From Rhodothermales bacterium (GTDB lineage: Bacteria > Bacteroidota > Rhodothermia > Rhodothermales > JANQRZ01), in the NCBI GenBank assembly GCA_039944855.1, contig JBDUXZ010000020.1, positions 377,145 to 441,144 on the forward strand: a DNA stretch of 64,000 nt. Direction: 5' to 3'. The notes under the pieces are model-generated. The model was not told the DNA's origin and searched no databases. It worked only from the letters and a program-made list of their open reading frames with translations. Shown one piece after another: positions 9,489-18,400 of this stretch (within the stretch, counting starts at the first letter, position 1; every line of letters begins with the position of its first letter). A program made the position numbers and the translations under genes.

Positions 9489-9806
9489 CTACGGCTTCTC
9501 GAGCGCCACGAAGTCCGCGCGCTCGCCGATGCCGGCGGAGACGGTGTTGACGACGTTCACGTTGAACGTCTCGACGCGCTCGCGCGTGCGGTCGTAGATG
9601 GTCCCGGTGAACTCGACCTCTTCCTGCCCCTCGGCCACCTCGATGGCCTTCTCGTTCTCGGCAAAGAAAACGCCTTTGTATTCCTTGCCACGGAAGGTCT
9701 TAACGGGGTAGGCGTACCCTTGCCCCTCGACCCCGTTGAGTTCCGCTTCCTTCAGCGTGTAAATAGCCACAGTGACCTCTCTCTGTTGATCCGACGAACA
9801 CGTCAC
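9489..9806 (-). CDS. Hypothetical small soluble protein
   Basis: 105-aa ORF with sensible composition (…AIYTLKEAELNGVEGQGYAYPVKTFRGKEYKGVFFAENEKAIEVAEGQEEVEFTG…) and a terminator downstream. No family recognised. The start could lie a few codons further in. Confidence 0.5.
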   Translation of the reverse strand: MTCSSDQQREVTVAIYTLKEAELNGVEGQGYAYPVKTFRGKEYKGVFFAENEKAIEVAEGQEEVEFTGTIYDRTRERVETFNVNVVNTVSAGIGERADFVALEKP

Positions 9807-9886
9807 TCGCCCGCCGGGTGTGTGCGTTCGGCAGCGAGCCTTTAGTTTATCGCTTACGGGTTTCCCCCACGCTTGTTCTCGCCGCC

Positions 9887-10351
9887 ATGCTCCACGCTGT
9901 TCCCACCTCCTGGCTCTCGTCCAAATTCCGAATCGAAGACGGAGGTCGGGACGTCGGGCAGCTCGACCTGGCGGCTATCCGTGAGCGCGCCACGTTCACC
10001 GTCAAAGACGTGGAGTTCGCGTTGTATCGCGAGGGGTTGGTGAGCGGCGATTTCGTGCTGGACTTCCACGGCAGCGCGATCGCCGTCGCGCAAAAGCCGA
10101 GTGCGTTCCGGCAGCGCTTCACCCTGTCGTTCGACGAGCGGCACTACACGTTGGAGGCGGCATCTGTCATGGGGCGAACCTTCGTGCTGCGCGAGGGCGA
10201 CGTGGAGGCGGGGCGCGTCAGCCCGGTCGACTGGTTCAGCAGGAAAGCAGAGATCGACCTCCCCGAGTCCGTGCCACTGCCGATTCAGGTGTTCTGCTTC
10301 TGGCTCGTGCTGATTCTGTGGAAGCGTGCCGCGGCGGCGGCTTCGGGATGA
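9887..10351 (+). CDS. Hypothetical protein: beta-rich domain plus a C-terminal TM helix
   Basis: ATG at 9887 (MLHAVPTSWLSSKFRIEDGGRDVGQLDL...). It ends in the hydrophobic helix IQVFCFWLVLILW. The stop overlaps the next gene's ATG (ATGA at 10348-10351). The fold may be LURP-one/tubby-like, unverified. Confidence 0.5.
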   Translation: MLHAVPTSWLSSKFRIEDGGRDVGQLDLAAIRERATFTVKDVEFALYREGLVSGDFVLDFHGSAIAVAQKPSAFRQRFTLSFDERHYTLEAASVMGRTFVLREGDVEAGRVSPVDWFSRKAEIDLPESVPLPIQVFCFWLVLILWKRAAAAASG

Positions 10352-11502
10352 TGCGCTCCGTCCTCCGCCGCGTTCCACCTCAGGCGTTGCTGCTCGCCAT
10401 CGTCGGACTCGCCGTGGCGCTGCGGGTCGGCGTCGTGGCGGCGAGCGGTGGGGGACTAAGGACGACGGATAGCGGGTACTTTTTCGGATATGCAGAAGAC
10501 ATTCTGTCTGGCGCGCCTACGGCGGACCGGTCGAACGGGTATCCGCTGCTCATTGCCCTACTCTCTCTGGCGCTGCCGGGTGCGTGGGTTTCGATGGCGC
10601 TCGTGACGCTGAATGTCGTGGCGTCGGGGGCGGTCGTTGCGCTCGTCGGGTGGATCGGGAGGAGGGTGGGCGGGTGGGATGTCGGACTGCTCGCAGCGCT
10701 GGGAACGGCGGTGTACCCGAACCAACTCAACTACGTCCGCTACCTCCTCACCGAGGCGCCGGCGACGTTCCTGCTCGTGGCGGCGGTCTGGCTCCTGCTG
10801 CGCCGCCGCGCGCCGATATCGAGTGCGGTCGTAGCGGGCGGATGCCTCGGCCTCGGCGTGCTGTTGCGTTCGTCGCTGCTAGGCGTAGGCGTCTTCCTGC
10901 TCGTCGTGCTCGTCGCGTATCGCCGGCCCTGGCGAGAGGTCGCGGGGCTAGCGGTGGGCGGGGGGCTCATCCTCGCGCTCAACCTCGCGCTCATCGCGAG
11001 CGGCACGATCGCGCCGACGCGGCACACCGGGCCGAACATGCTGATGGCGATCCAATCCTCGTCGACGGAGGGCATCGTGTTTTCCATCGAGGCATTTTCC
11101 GAGGAGGAGCAGGCGCGTCCGCTCGCGACCTACCTCCGTTTTGCCGCCGAGCGGCCCGCGACGTTCGTCCGGCAGCGGGCCTCGGCGCTGTGGGAGCTGT
11201 GGGGGCCGTGGCCTGAACCTGGCGACCCCGACGATCCGAGGACCGTGCCGGTGCGGCTGCTCATCGGGCTACGCTTCGTGCTCATCGTGCTTGCGGCGGC
11301 GGGGCTCGCGCAGCACGTCCGCGACGAGCGGGCGTGGCTGCTCGCCGCCCCGATCCTCGCCATCACCGCGATCCACGTCGTGTTCTTCGCGGTGCCGCGG
11401 TTCACATACGTCGTAGAGCCGCTCGCGGCCGTGCTCGCGGCGTGGTTCGTGGCGGACCTCGCCGCGCGGCACCGACGCGCGGGCTCTAGGGGCGTGCGCT
11501 GA
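10348..11502 (+). CDS. Polytopic membrane glycosyltransferase-like protein (GT39/ArnT/PMT-type, GT-C fold)
   Basis: About 385 aa with more than 9 TM helices. The N-terminal region LLLAIVGLAVALRVGVV....DSGYFFGYAEDIL and the overall pattern of hydrophobic helices are typical of dolichyl/undecaprenyl-phosphate-sugar-dependent GT-C enzymes. Assigned from topology and motifs only. Confidence 0.6.
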   Translation: MMRSVLRRVPPQALLLAIVGLAVALRVGVVAASGGGLRTTDSGYFFGYAEDILSGAPTADRSNGYPLLIALLSLALPGAWVSMALVTLNVVASGAVVALVGWIGRRVGGWDVGLLAALGTAVYPNQLNYVRYLLTEAPATFLLVAAVWLLLRRRAPISSAVVAGGCLGLGVLLRSSLLGVGVFLLVVLVAYRRPWREVAGLAVGGGLILALNLALIASGTIAPTRHTGPNMLMAIQSSSTEGIVFSIEAFSEEEQARPLATYLRFAAERPATFVRQRASALWELWGPWPEPGDPDDPRTVPVRLLIGLRFVLIVLAAAGLAQHVRDERAWLLAAPILAITAIHVVFFAVPRFTYVVEPLAAVLAAWFVADLAARHRRAGSRGVR

Positions 11503-11593
11503 GACACCGGGGGTTCGTGTTTGTTTTGCATTCGTTTATATCCCGGCACGCCCTACCTTGAACGTCTGCCCTCCTCACCCAACCGCTGCGACT

Positions 11594-12871
11594 ATGCTCC
11601 GCCTCGACCGCCGCCACATCGCCCCGTTTATCGACGACGCCACCCGCGACCGCGTGCAGCCCCGCGTCGAAGCCGCCCACCGCGCGGTGCTCGACGGCTC
11701 GGGCGCGGGCGGCGACATGCTCGGCTGGCGCCCGCTCGTCCTCGAGCCCGACACGGACCTGCTCGATGAGATCGTCGAGACGGCGGAGGAGATCCGCGAA
11801 CGCGCCGACGTGCTCGTCTGCATCGGGATCGGCGGTTCGTACCTCGGCCCGCAGGCCATCATCGAGGCGCTCACGCCCGCGTTCTCCAACAGCGACGGGC
11901 CAGAGATCGTCTTCGCCGGGCACCACCTCTCGCCGGGCTACCACGAGGCGCTCCTCGACTACCTGAAGGGGAAGAGCGTCTACGCGAACGTGATCTCGAA
12001 GAGCGGGAGCACGCTCGAACCCGCCCTCGCCTTCCGCTTCATCCGCCGTTTCCTCGAAGACAATTTCGACGACGCGCAGCGCCGGATCATCGTCACGACG
12101 GGGCCGGACGGCGGGCTGCTCAACCCGCTGCGCGATGAGAAGGGCTACCGCAAGTTCATCATCCCCGACGGCGTGGGTGGGCGGTTCTCCGTCCTCACGC
12201 CCGTCGGCCTCCTCCCGATCGCAGCGGCGGGCCACAACATCCGCGGGCTGATGCGGGGCGCGGGCGATGCCACGGCCGAGCTCGAAGAGGTCGCCGGCAA
12301 CCCCGCGCTCGACTACGCCGCCGACCGGTTCCTCCTCCACGAGCAAGGCTACAAGACCGAACTGCTCGCCGTGATGGAGCCCCGGCTGCGCGACTTCGGC
12401 TCGTGGTGGCAGCAGCTCTTCGGCGAGAGCGAGGGGAAGGAGGGCAAGGGGCTGTTCCCGTCCGTCGCGCAGTACACCTCCGACCTCCACTCGCTCGGGC
12501 AGTACGTGCAGCAGGGGCAGCGCTCGCTCGTCGAGAGCTTCCTCCTCGTCGACGCCGCCGGCGCCGGGCCGACGGTGCCGGAAGAGGACGGCAACCCGGA
12601 TCAGTTGAACTACCTCGCCGGGAAGACGTTTGCTGAGATCGACCAGAGCGCGTACGAAGCCACGGCCGCGGCCCACGCGGAGGGCGGCGTCCCGAACTGG
12701 ACGCTCACGCTCCCCCGGCTCAACGCCCGCGCCCTCGGCGAAGCCATCGCGTTCTACGAGCACGCCGTCGCCGTCGGTGGCTACCTCCTCGACGTGAACC
12801 CGTTCGACCAGCCCGGCGTGGAGAACTACAAGCAGAAGATGTTCAAGCTCCTCGGCCGCGACGGGTCGTAG
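11594..12871 (+). CDS. pgi: Glucose-6-phosphate isomerase
   Basis: Family motifs VCIGIGGSYLGP, SKSGSTLEP, RFSVLTPVGLLP, GESEGKEG and NPFDQPGVENYK. Start chosen at ATG 11594 (MLRLDRRHI...), giving about 425 aa like Bacillus-type PGI. Confidence 0.9.
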   Translation: MLRLDRRHIAPFIDDATRDRVQPRVEAAHRAVLDGSGAGGDMLGWRPLVLEPDTDLLDEIVETAEEIRERADVLVCIGIGGSYLGPQAIIEALTPAFSNSDGPEIVFAGHHLSPGYHEALLDYLKGKSVYANVISKSGSTLEPALAFRFIRRFLEDNFDDAQRRIIVTTGPDGGLLNPLRDEKGYRKFIIPDGVGGRFSVLTPVGLLPIAAAGHNIRGLMRGAGDATAELEEVAGNPALDYAADRFLLHEQGYKTELLAVMEPRLRDFGSWWQQLFGESEGKEGKGLFPSVAQYTSDLHSLGQYVQQGQRSLVESFLLVDAAGAGPTVPEEDGNPDQLNYLAGKTFAEIDQSAYEATAAAHAEGGVPNWTLTLPRLNARALGEAIAFYEHAVAVGGYLLDVNPFDQPGVENYKQKMFKLLGRDGS

Positions 12872-12905
12872 ACGGAGCCGAGCCGATTCTCAACAAGACG
12901 ATCCG

Positions 12906-13289
12906 ATGCCCTTCGACTGCCGCATGGAGCCAGACCGGCGACGCGGCATCTTGACGCTGCGCGGCCGAGTCGACGCGGTGGATTTCATCGCCGCCATGCG
13001 TGCCCTCTACGGGCATCCCGAGTGGCAGCCCGATTTCGACGCGCTCTGGGACGCCGGCGGTATCACGCAACTCGTCATCGAACCGGCCGACCTGGGGCCG
13101 ATTTCGGAGGGGTATCGGAACGTGGAGACGCGGATGGGCTCGGGGCGTGCGGCCTTCGTCGCGTCGCGCGACGTCGTCCACGTCATCACCCAGCTTTTGC
13201 TCCACCGGCTGCGCAACCCGAACCGGGAACGCCGGACGTTTGTCCGCCTCGACGACGCGGTGGCGTGGTTGAACGAGCGTGAGGCCTGA
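12906..13289 (+). CDS. Hypothetical protein (possible STAS/SpoIIAA-like small domain)
   Basis: 127-aa ORF with good GC3 bias (…GILTLRGRVDAVDFIAAMRALYGHPEWQPDFDALWD…). No confident family. Confidence 0.5.
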   Translation: MPFDCRMEPDRRRGILTLRGRVDAVDFIAAMRALYGHPEWQPDFDALWDAGGITQLVIEPADLGPISEGYRNVETRMGSGRAAFVASRDVVHVITQLLLHRLRNPNRERRTFVRLDDAVAWLNEREA

Positions 13290-13380
13290 TTCGGGAGGGC
13301 GCCGGTTGGTGACCGACGAAAACTCCCGGCTGCCTCTGCCGTTGAAGCCGTCCTTCACTCTCTCACTCCCCGTCTGCTCG

Positions 13381-14274
13381 ATGCCGCTCCGCCTGCTCTT
13401 CCTCGCTTTCGCCCTCACCGTTTCCGCCTGCGCGCCGACGGGCATCTCCGTGCCCGACACGTCCGAGGTCCCCGTGGGCCCCGTCGTCGTGGAGACCGAC
13501 GACTACGAGAACGAGAACCTCCACGCCGTGCTGTGGACGCAGACGGCGCCCGAGTTCCGCGCGCTCACGCTGCAGACGTTCGCCGCCGCCCGCGCCGCGC
13601 TCCCGCGAGCGCTCGCCGATACGTCGTGGACCGCCGCGCCCGAGCAGCGGGCGATGGGCGGCTACGGCATGCTCCCGCCCGCCGTCGTCCTCGACGTGGA
13701 CGAGACGGTGCTCGACAACGCGGCGTATCAGGCCCGGCTCGTGCAGACCGACGGCGTCTACTCCCGCGAGTCGTGGCAGGCGTGGGTGGACGAGGCGGCG
13801 GCCCCGCCCGTGCCCGGCGTCCTCGCCTTCACGCGCGCCGCCGACAGCCTCGGCATCGCTGTGGTCTACCTCACGAACCGCCGGGCGAGCGAGGAGGAGG
13901 CGACGCGGCGCAACCTGCTCGCCGAGGGCTTCCCCGTCCGCGACGACTTCGACGCCGTCATCACGCGGGGCGAGCGGCCCGAGTTCGAGCCCGGCGACAA
14001 AGGCCCGCGTCGCCGTGCCGTCGCCGAGCAGTTCCGCGTCCTCGCGCTCCTCGGTGACAACCTCGGCGACTTCCTCTCGGACGTGGACACGTCGGTGGAG
14101 GAGCGTGACCGGCTCGCCGCGCCCTACGCCGGGTGGTGGGGCGAGCGGTGGTTCATGCTGCCGAACCCGCAGTACGGCTCGTGGGAGAGCGCGCTCTTCG
14201 ACAACGACTACAGCCTGACCCGGGAGGAGCGGTTGGAGCGGAAGGCGGCGCAGCTCCGCACCGGCCGGGAATAA
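13381..14274 (+). CDS. Class B/C acid phosphatase, 5'-nucleotidase lipoprotein e(P4)-like (HAD superfamily)
   Basis: ATG 13381 gives signal/lipobox MPLRLLFLAFALTVSAC. HAD DDDD-type motifs: VVLDVDETVLDN, VVYLTNR, GDNLGDF. The track start at 13279 adds a non-signal extension. Confidence 0.8.
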   Translation: MPLRLLFLAFALTVSACAPTGISVPDTSEVPVGPVVVETDDYENENLHAVLWTQTAPEFRALTLQTFAAARAALPRALADTSWTAAPEQRAMGGYGMLPPAVVLDVDETVLDNAAYQARLVQTDGVYSRESWQAWVDEAAAPPVPGVLAFTRAADSLGIAVVYLTNRRASEEEATRRNLLAEGFPVRDDFDAVITRGERPEFEPGDKGPRRRAVAEQFRVLALLGDNLGDFLSDVDTSVEERDRLAAPYAGWWGERWFMLPNPQYGSWESALFDNDYSLTREERLERKAAQLRTGRE

Positions 14275-14353
14275 GAGGCGGCGCGCAGGCTTTGCGAAAC
14301 GCGCGTCGGACGGCGGCGTTTATGCGGTTCCTCTCTCCACCTGCCTATCTCCG

Positions 14354-15001
14354 ATGCCCCGCTCCGCCACGCTGCTCGTCGTCCTGCTCGCGCTCTCGCT
14401 CACCGGCTGTCAGCGGGCCTATTTCAACGCGCTCGAACGGATCGGCATCGAGAAGCGCGACGTGCTCGTGGACCGCGTCGAGGAGGCGCGGGACAGCCAG
14501 AACGAGGCGAAGGAGCAGTTCCGCGACGCGCTCGACGAGTTCTCCGCCCTCGTGAACTTCGACGGCGGCGATCTCGAAGACATGTACAACAAGCTGAGCC
14601 GCGAGTACGAGCGGAGCGAGGACCGCGCCGACGAGGTCCGCGACCGGATGGACGCCGTGCACGCCGTCGCCACGGCGCTCTTCGACGAGTGGGAGAGCGA
14701 ACTCGACGCCTACTCTGATCGGAGCCTCCGGCGCGAGAGCGAGCGGCAGCTCCGGGAGACGCGCGCCCGTTACGAGGAGATGCTCGCGGCGATGGAGCGG
14801 GCCGAGCGCAAGATGGCGCCCGTGCTCGAAGCCTTCCAGGACCAGGTGCTCTTCCTCAAGCACAACCTCAACGCCCGTGCCGTCGCCTCGCTCGAAGGGA
14901 CCGTAGACGAACTCGAAACCGACGTGGACGTGCTCATCCGCGACATGGAAGCCTCGATCGCCGAGGCGAATGCGTTCATCGAGCAGATGCAGGCGGGCTG
15001 A
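14354..15001 (+). CDS. DUF2959-family lipoprotein
   Basis: Lipobox LSLTGCQ followed by RAYFNALERIGIEKRDVLVDRVEEARDSQNEAKEQF, which is the conserved start of DUF2959. The rest is all-helical and charged. Confidence 0.8.
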   Translation: MPRSATLLVVLLALSLTGCQRAYFNALERIGIEKRDVLVDRVEEARDSQNEAKEQFRDALDEFSALVNFDGGDLEDMYNKLSREYERSEDRADEVRDRMDAVHAVATALFDEWESELDAYSDRSLRRESERQLRETRARYEEMLAAMERAERKMAPVLEAFQDQVLFLKHNLNARAVASLEGTVDELETDVDVLIRDMEASIAEANAFIEQMQAG

Positions 15002-15166
15002 CGGAGCGCTGTGCGCGGGGCCTGCGGAGTTGGGCGGAGGAGCGGGAGCCGGTGCCGGACGCGCCGGCCGAGGTGGTGTAGCACCTACCGAACTCCCGCT
15101 CTCCTGTGGTCGCATGATACGGCCGCGCATGCGGACAACCGGCGTGTCCATCCATATAGTTTTGGA

Positions 15167-15799
15167 TCACTTATGCGGTGGATCGAGCGAGGCCATGTGC
15201 CGGCGCAGGCTCTCATACCCGAGCCGTTGCTCGGCCTCGGCCCACGGCACCCATTCGACCTGCTCGATCCCCTCCCGCTCCTCCGGTGTGAAGTCGCGCT
15301 CGGGCGTCTCCATGAAGTACCAGTGCGTCGTTTTGACGAGGTAGCGCCCGCCTTCGGGGTAGCCGTGAACCGTCGTCCCGGCCGGCGCGACGATCCGCAG
15401 GTCGTCGATGCCGACCTCTTCGCGCACTTCGCGGACGGCGCACTCCTTTACCGTCTCGCCGGGGTCGAGCTTGCCTTTGGGGAGGTCCCACGCCCCGCGC
15501 CGGTAGATCAGCAGGAGCAGCGTCGCGTCGCCGTCGCGGCGGACGACGTAGCCGCCGGCCGCCGTCACGGGCGCGGGCGGGAGGTATGGATCGCGGTTCG
15601 GGATCGTCCCGTCGCCTTCGACCACGAGGACGCACTCGCCGTCAGCGCACGCCTTTTCGGCGTCGGCGAGGGTCGCGTGCAGGTGGAACCCGGTATCCTG
15701 CGGTGAGATCTTGTGCGCGTCGGCCGCGTCTATGGCCTCGGCCGCGACGCACGCGAACCGCAGCGCGGTCCCTTCCAGCGATGCTCGGTCGTTTCCCAT
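15167..15799 (-). CDS. NUDIX hydrolase with an ~80-aa N-terminal extension
   Basis: The Nudix box GKLDPGETVKECAVREVREEVG is present. Start ATG at 15799 (MGNDRASLEG...). The remaining 470 codons of track ORF 15167-17218 are antisense to the oxidoreductase gene and were rejected. Confidence 0.85.
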   Translation of the reverse strand: MGNDRASLEGTALRFACVAAEAIDAADAHKISPQDTGFHLHATLADAEKACADGECVLVVEGDGTIPNRDPYLPPAPVTAAGGYVVRRDGDATLLLLIYRRGAWDLPKGKLDPGETVKECAVREVREEVGIDDLRIVAPAGTTVHGYPEGGRYLVKTTHWYFMETPERDFTPEEREGIEQVEWVPWAEAEQRLGYESLRRHMASLDPPHK

Positions 15800-15892
15800 G
15801 GGCTCGTCGTTCGTGAGAGGGGAGAGGGGAGCCGGAGTGTACCGCCTCCCCCTCTCCCTTACGGGCCCCGCCCCCATTTTATCCCCCCCCTC

Positions 15893-17368
15893 ATGAGCAG
15901 CTACGAATACGACGTGATCGTCATCGGTGGCGGCGCGGCCGGGCTCACGGCCTCGGGCCTCGCCGCGTCCTTCGGCGCGAAGACGATGATGATCGAGCGC
16001 GCCCGCCTCGGCGGCGACTGCACGTGGACGGGCTGCGTGCCGAGCAAGACGCTCATCAAGGCCGCGAAGGTCGCCCACCACGCCCGCGCCGCCCACCGCT
16101 TCGGCCTCACCGACATGGCGCCGGAGATCCCGTTCGCACGCGTGATGGAATACGTCCGCACGGTCCGCGACGAGGTCTACCACGAGGCCGACCGGCCGGA
16201 GATCTACGAAGACCTCGGCATCGACGTGCACTTCGGCGCGGCCCGGCTCGCCGACCCGCACACGGTCGTGATTGAGGGCGACGCGACGGCGCGGGTGACG
16301 GCGCGGAAGATCGTCCTCGCCACCGGTGGCCGCGCTGCCGTCCCGCCGATCCCGGGGCTCGACAGGGTCCCGCATCTCACGAACGAATCGCTCTTCGAGA
16401 TCGACGCGCAGCCCGGCGCGATCATCGTCGTCGGCGGTGGGCCGATTGGGATCGAGATGGCGCAGGCGTTCCAGCGGCTCGGGACCGACGTGACGGTTGT
16501 CGACATGGCCGACCGCATCCTCGGGCGCGACGATGCCGAGCACGCCGAAATCCTGAAGGGCGTGCTCGAAGGCGAAGGCGTGCAGTTCGTCCTCGGCGCG
16601 GGCGTCGAGCGTGTCGAGCAGGCCGACGGGCAGATCGCCGTCTACGTCAGCATCGGCGACGAACAGCGGACGCTCCGAGCCGATCAGCTCCTCCTCGCCA
16701 CGGGCCGGCGGCCGAACATCGAAGACCTCGGGCTCGCCGAGGCGGGCGTCGTTTTCACCAAAAAAGGCATCCAGGTCGACGACACGTGCCAGACCTCGCA
16801 GGACCACATCTACGCCGTGGGCGACTGCACGGGGGAGTACCAGCTGACCCACATGAGCGAGCACATGGCGAAGGTGGCGATGTCGAACGCCGTCCTCCAC
16901 GTGCCCTCGAAGATCGACCGCGCGCACGTCCCGTGGTGCACCTTCGCCGACCCCGAAGTCGGCCAGCTCGGGGCGACGGAGCAGGAGTTGATCGAGCGCG
17001 GCGAGGACTACGAGGTCTACCAGTTCCCGTACTCGAAGGTCGACCGCGCCATCACCGAGAGCGAGACGACGGGCAACATCAAGGTCTTCGCGACGACGTG
17101 GCGCGGCAAGATCCTCGGCGCGAGCGTGCTCGGCGACCGCGCGGGCGAGCTGATCTCGCTCTACGCCGTGGCGATGAAGAACGGCGTCACGCTCCGCCAG
17201 ATCTCCGACACGATTCATCCGTACCCGACCTACGGCCTCGCCGCCCGCCGCGCCGCCGACCAGTGGTACGCGCGGAAGCAGTTCCCCGTCGTCATCAAGA
17301 CCGTGCAGAAGCTCTTCGGCTACCGCGGCCCCGAGCCGAAAGAGATCGACCCCGACCGGATCGTGTGA
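15893..17368 (+). CDS. FAD-dependent pyridine nucleotide-disulfide oxidoreductase (dihydrolipoyl dehydrogenase/mercuric reductase-like class I)
   Basis: Start MSSYEYDVIVIGGGAAGL (FAD GxGxxG). Redox-active disulfide GGDCTWTGCVPSK. NAD site VVGGGPIGIEMA. Dimerisation-domain motif IHPYPTYG. Confidence 0.85.
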   Translation: MSSYEYDVIVIGGGAAGLTASGLAASFGAKTMMIERARLGGDCTWTGCVPSKTLIKAAKVAHHARAAHRFGLTDMAPEIPFARVMEYVRTVRDEVYHEADRPEIYEDLGIDVHFGAARLADPHTVVIEGDATARVTARKIVLATGGRAAVPPIPGLDRVPHLTNESLFEIDAQPGAIIVVGGGPIGIEMAQAFQRLGTDVTVVDMADRILGRDDAEHAEILKGVLEGEGVQFVLGAGVERVEQADGQIAVYVSIGDEQRTLRADQLLLATGRRPNIEDLGLAEAGVVFTKKGIQVDDTCQTSQDHIYAVGDCTGEYQLTHMSEHMAKVAMSNAVLHVPSKIDRAHVPWCTFADPEVGQLGATEQELIERGEDYEVYQFPYSKVDRAITESETTGNIKVFATTWRGKILGASVLGDRAGELISLYAVAMKNGVTLRQISDTIHPYPTYGLAARRAADQWYARKQFPVVIKTVQKLFGYRGPEPKEIDPDRIV

Positions 17369-17394
17369 CCGAGCCCGCGTTTAGTCGGGCTCGG
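17369..17394 (+). terminator. Hairpin immediately after the oxidoreductase stop
   Basis: CCGAGCCC-GCGTTTAGTC-GGGCTCGG is an 8-bp perfect stem that starts the base after TGA 17366-17368. There is no U-tract. Confidence 0.4.
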
Positions 17395-17415
17395 CGGTGC
17401 GGGCGGACTCGACCG

Positions 17416-17565
17416 CTTCCTCTGAGGGAACGTAGCCGAGGAGCAGTCCCCCTCCTGGACAGGAGGGGCCAGGGGTGGTCGAACGAGGGCTGATGCCATG
17501 CCTCGTCTACCCCCTCCCCCTACGGGGACTCCCCCTGTCCAGGGGGAGGGCTTCCTGAGGAGCAC
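17416..17565. repeat. Pair of G5/C5-rich palindromic (REP-like) elements with a shared core
   Basis: CCCCTCCTG-GA-CAGGAGGGG (17449-17468) and CCCCCTG-TC-CAGGGGG (17531-17546) share the core CTGGACAG/CTGTCCAG in opposite orientation. Each is flanked by CTTCCT(C)TGAGG and GAGGAGCA. The region is non-coding. Confidence 0.45.
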
Positions 17566-17588
17566 TTGGGCAGCTTCACAGACGTGCT

Positions 17589-17810
17589 CTACGTCAGTAC
17601 GTTCGCCGTCCGCTCCCGCTCGGCGGCGTAGCTCAGAGCCGCGAGCACGTCTTGCCGTGTCAGGTACGGGAAGTCGGCCAGTACCTCTTCGACGCTCATC
17701 CCCGACGCGAGGTAGCTCAGCACGTCGTAGACCGTGATCCGTATCTCGCGAATGCAGGGCTTGCCGCCCCGCGTGCCGGGCTCGATGGTGATGAGGTCTT
17801 GGTAATCCAT
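17589..17810 (-). CDS. DUF433 domain protein (antitoxin-like HTH)
   Basis: 73 aa. ITIEPGTRGGKPCIREIRITVYDVLSYLASGMSVEEVLADFPYLTRQDVLAALSYA is the canonical DUF433/COG2442 pattern. Confidence 0.85.
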   Translation of the reverse strand: MDYQDLITIEPGTRGGKPCIREIRITVYDVLSYLASGMSVEEVLADFPYLTRQDVLAALSYAAERERTANVLT

Positions 17811-17847
17811 AGCGCTCGGTAGGCGATCTATCGGCGGGCGGGATGCG

Positions 17848-18210
17848 TCAATGTAACCGCCGGCCCTCTCGTCGGTTCGCGCCGACCGTCCCGAGGTGCG
17901 GCGGCACGACCGCTTCGAGGCGTCGGACGAGGGCCGGGTCCATGTAGGCGTAGTCGTCGGGGATGCCGAGGCAGATCACGCGCTGGCCGTTCAGGTGCTT
18001 CCGAAACACCGTCCTCAGTTTGCGCGCGTGCGCCTGTTCCATCACGAAGATGATGTCGGCCCATGCCACGAGTTCCGACGTGAGCCGCTCCTCCGCGTCG
18101 TTGGCGAGCCCGGCCGAGGCGACCACGATGCCGGGGTGGGCGGCGAAGACCGCTGCGGCCGTCGGGCTGCGGAGGCGGTTCCTGCTACAGACGAAGAGGA
18201 TGTGCTTCAT
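17848..18210 (-). CDS. Small low-molecular-weight protein-tyrosine-phosphatase-like protein (COG4551-type)
   Basis: The N-terminal P-loop ILFVCSRNRLRSPTAA carries the CX5R(S) motif. The 120-aa size fits the family. Confidence 0.8.
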   Translation of the reverse strand: MKHILFVCSRNRLRSPTAAAVFAAHPGIVVASAGLANDAEERLTSELVAWADIIFVMEQAHARKLRTVFRKHLNGQRVICLGIPDDYAYMDPALVRRLEAVVPPHLGTVGANRREGRRLH

Positions 18211-18400
18211 TCCATCATGCGTGCTGTAACACGGGGCTGCTCACCGGCGCAGGGCGAGGACCGCTGACAGTGGCTCAGAGTGCAGGATACGCCGCCGGAC
18301 GGACAACGCGAACACGCTGGTACTCTTCATCAGCGTGCAGTCGCGATTTCGGCGACCTTGTGGCTGGCAACTCGTTAGCTATGAGATAGTTGAAGCACAC

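Noticed and set aside
15800-17218. Upstream ~470 codons of the 683-aa minus-strand ORF 15167-17218
   Set aside because: Only the last 210 codons (15167-15799) form the NUDIX protein. The remainder is antisense to the well-supported FAD oxidoreductase gene (15893-17368) and is compositionally junk.
17369-17588. Search for a DUF5615/PIN-like toxin gene downstream of DUF433
   Set aside because: All three minus-strand frames were read by eye. Only the 81-aa track ORF (17320-17565) exists, and it is a translation of the G/C palindromes (…PSPWTGGVPVGGGGRRG…). No toxin-like sequence is present.
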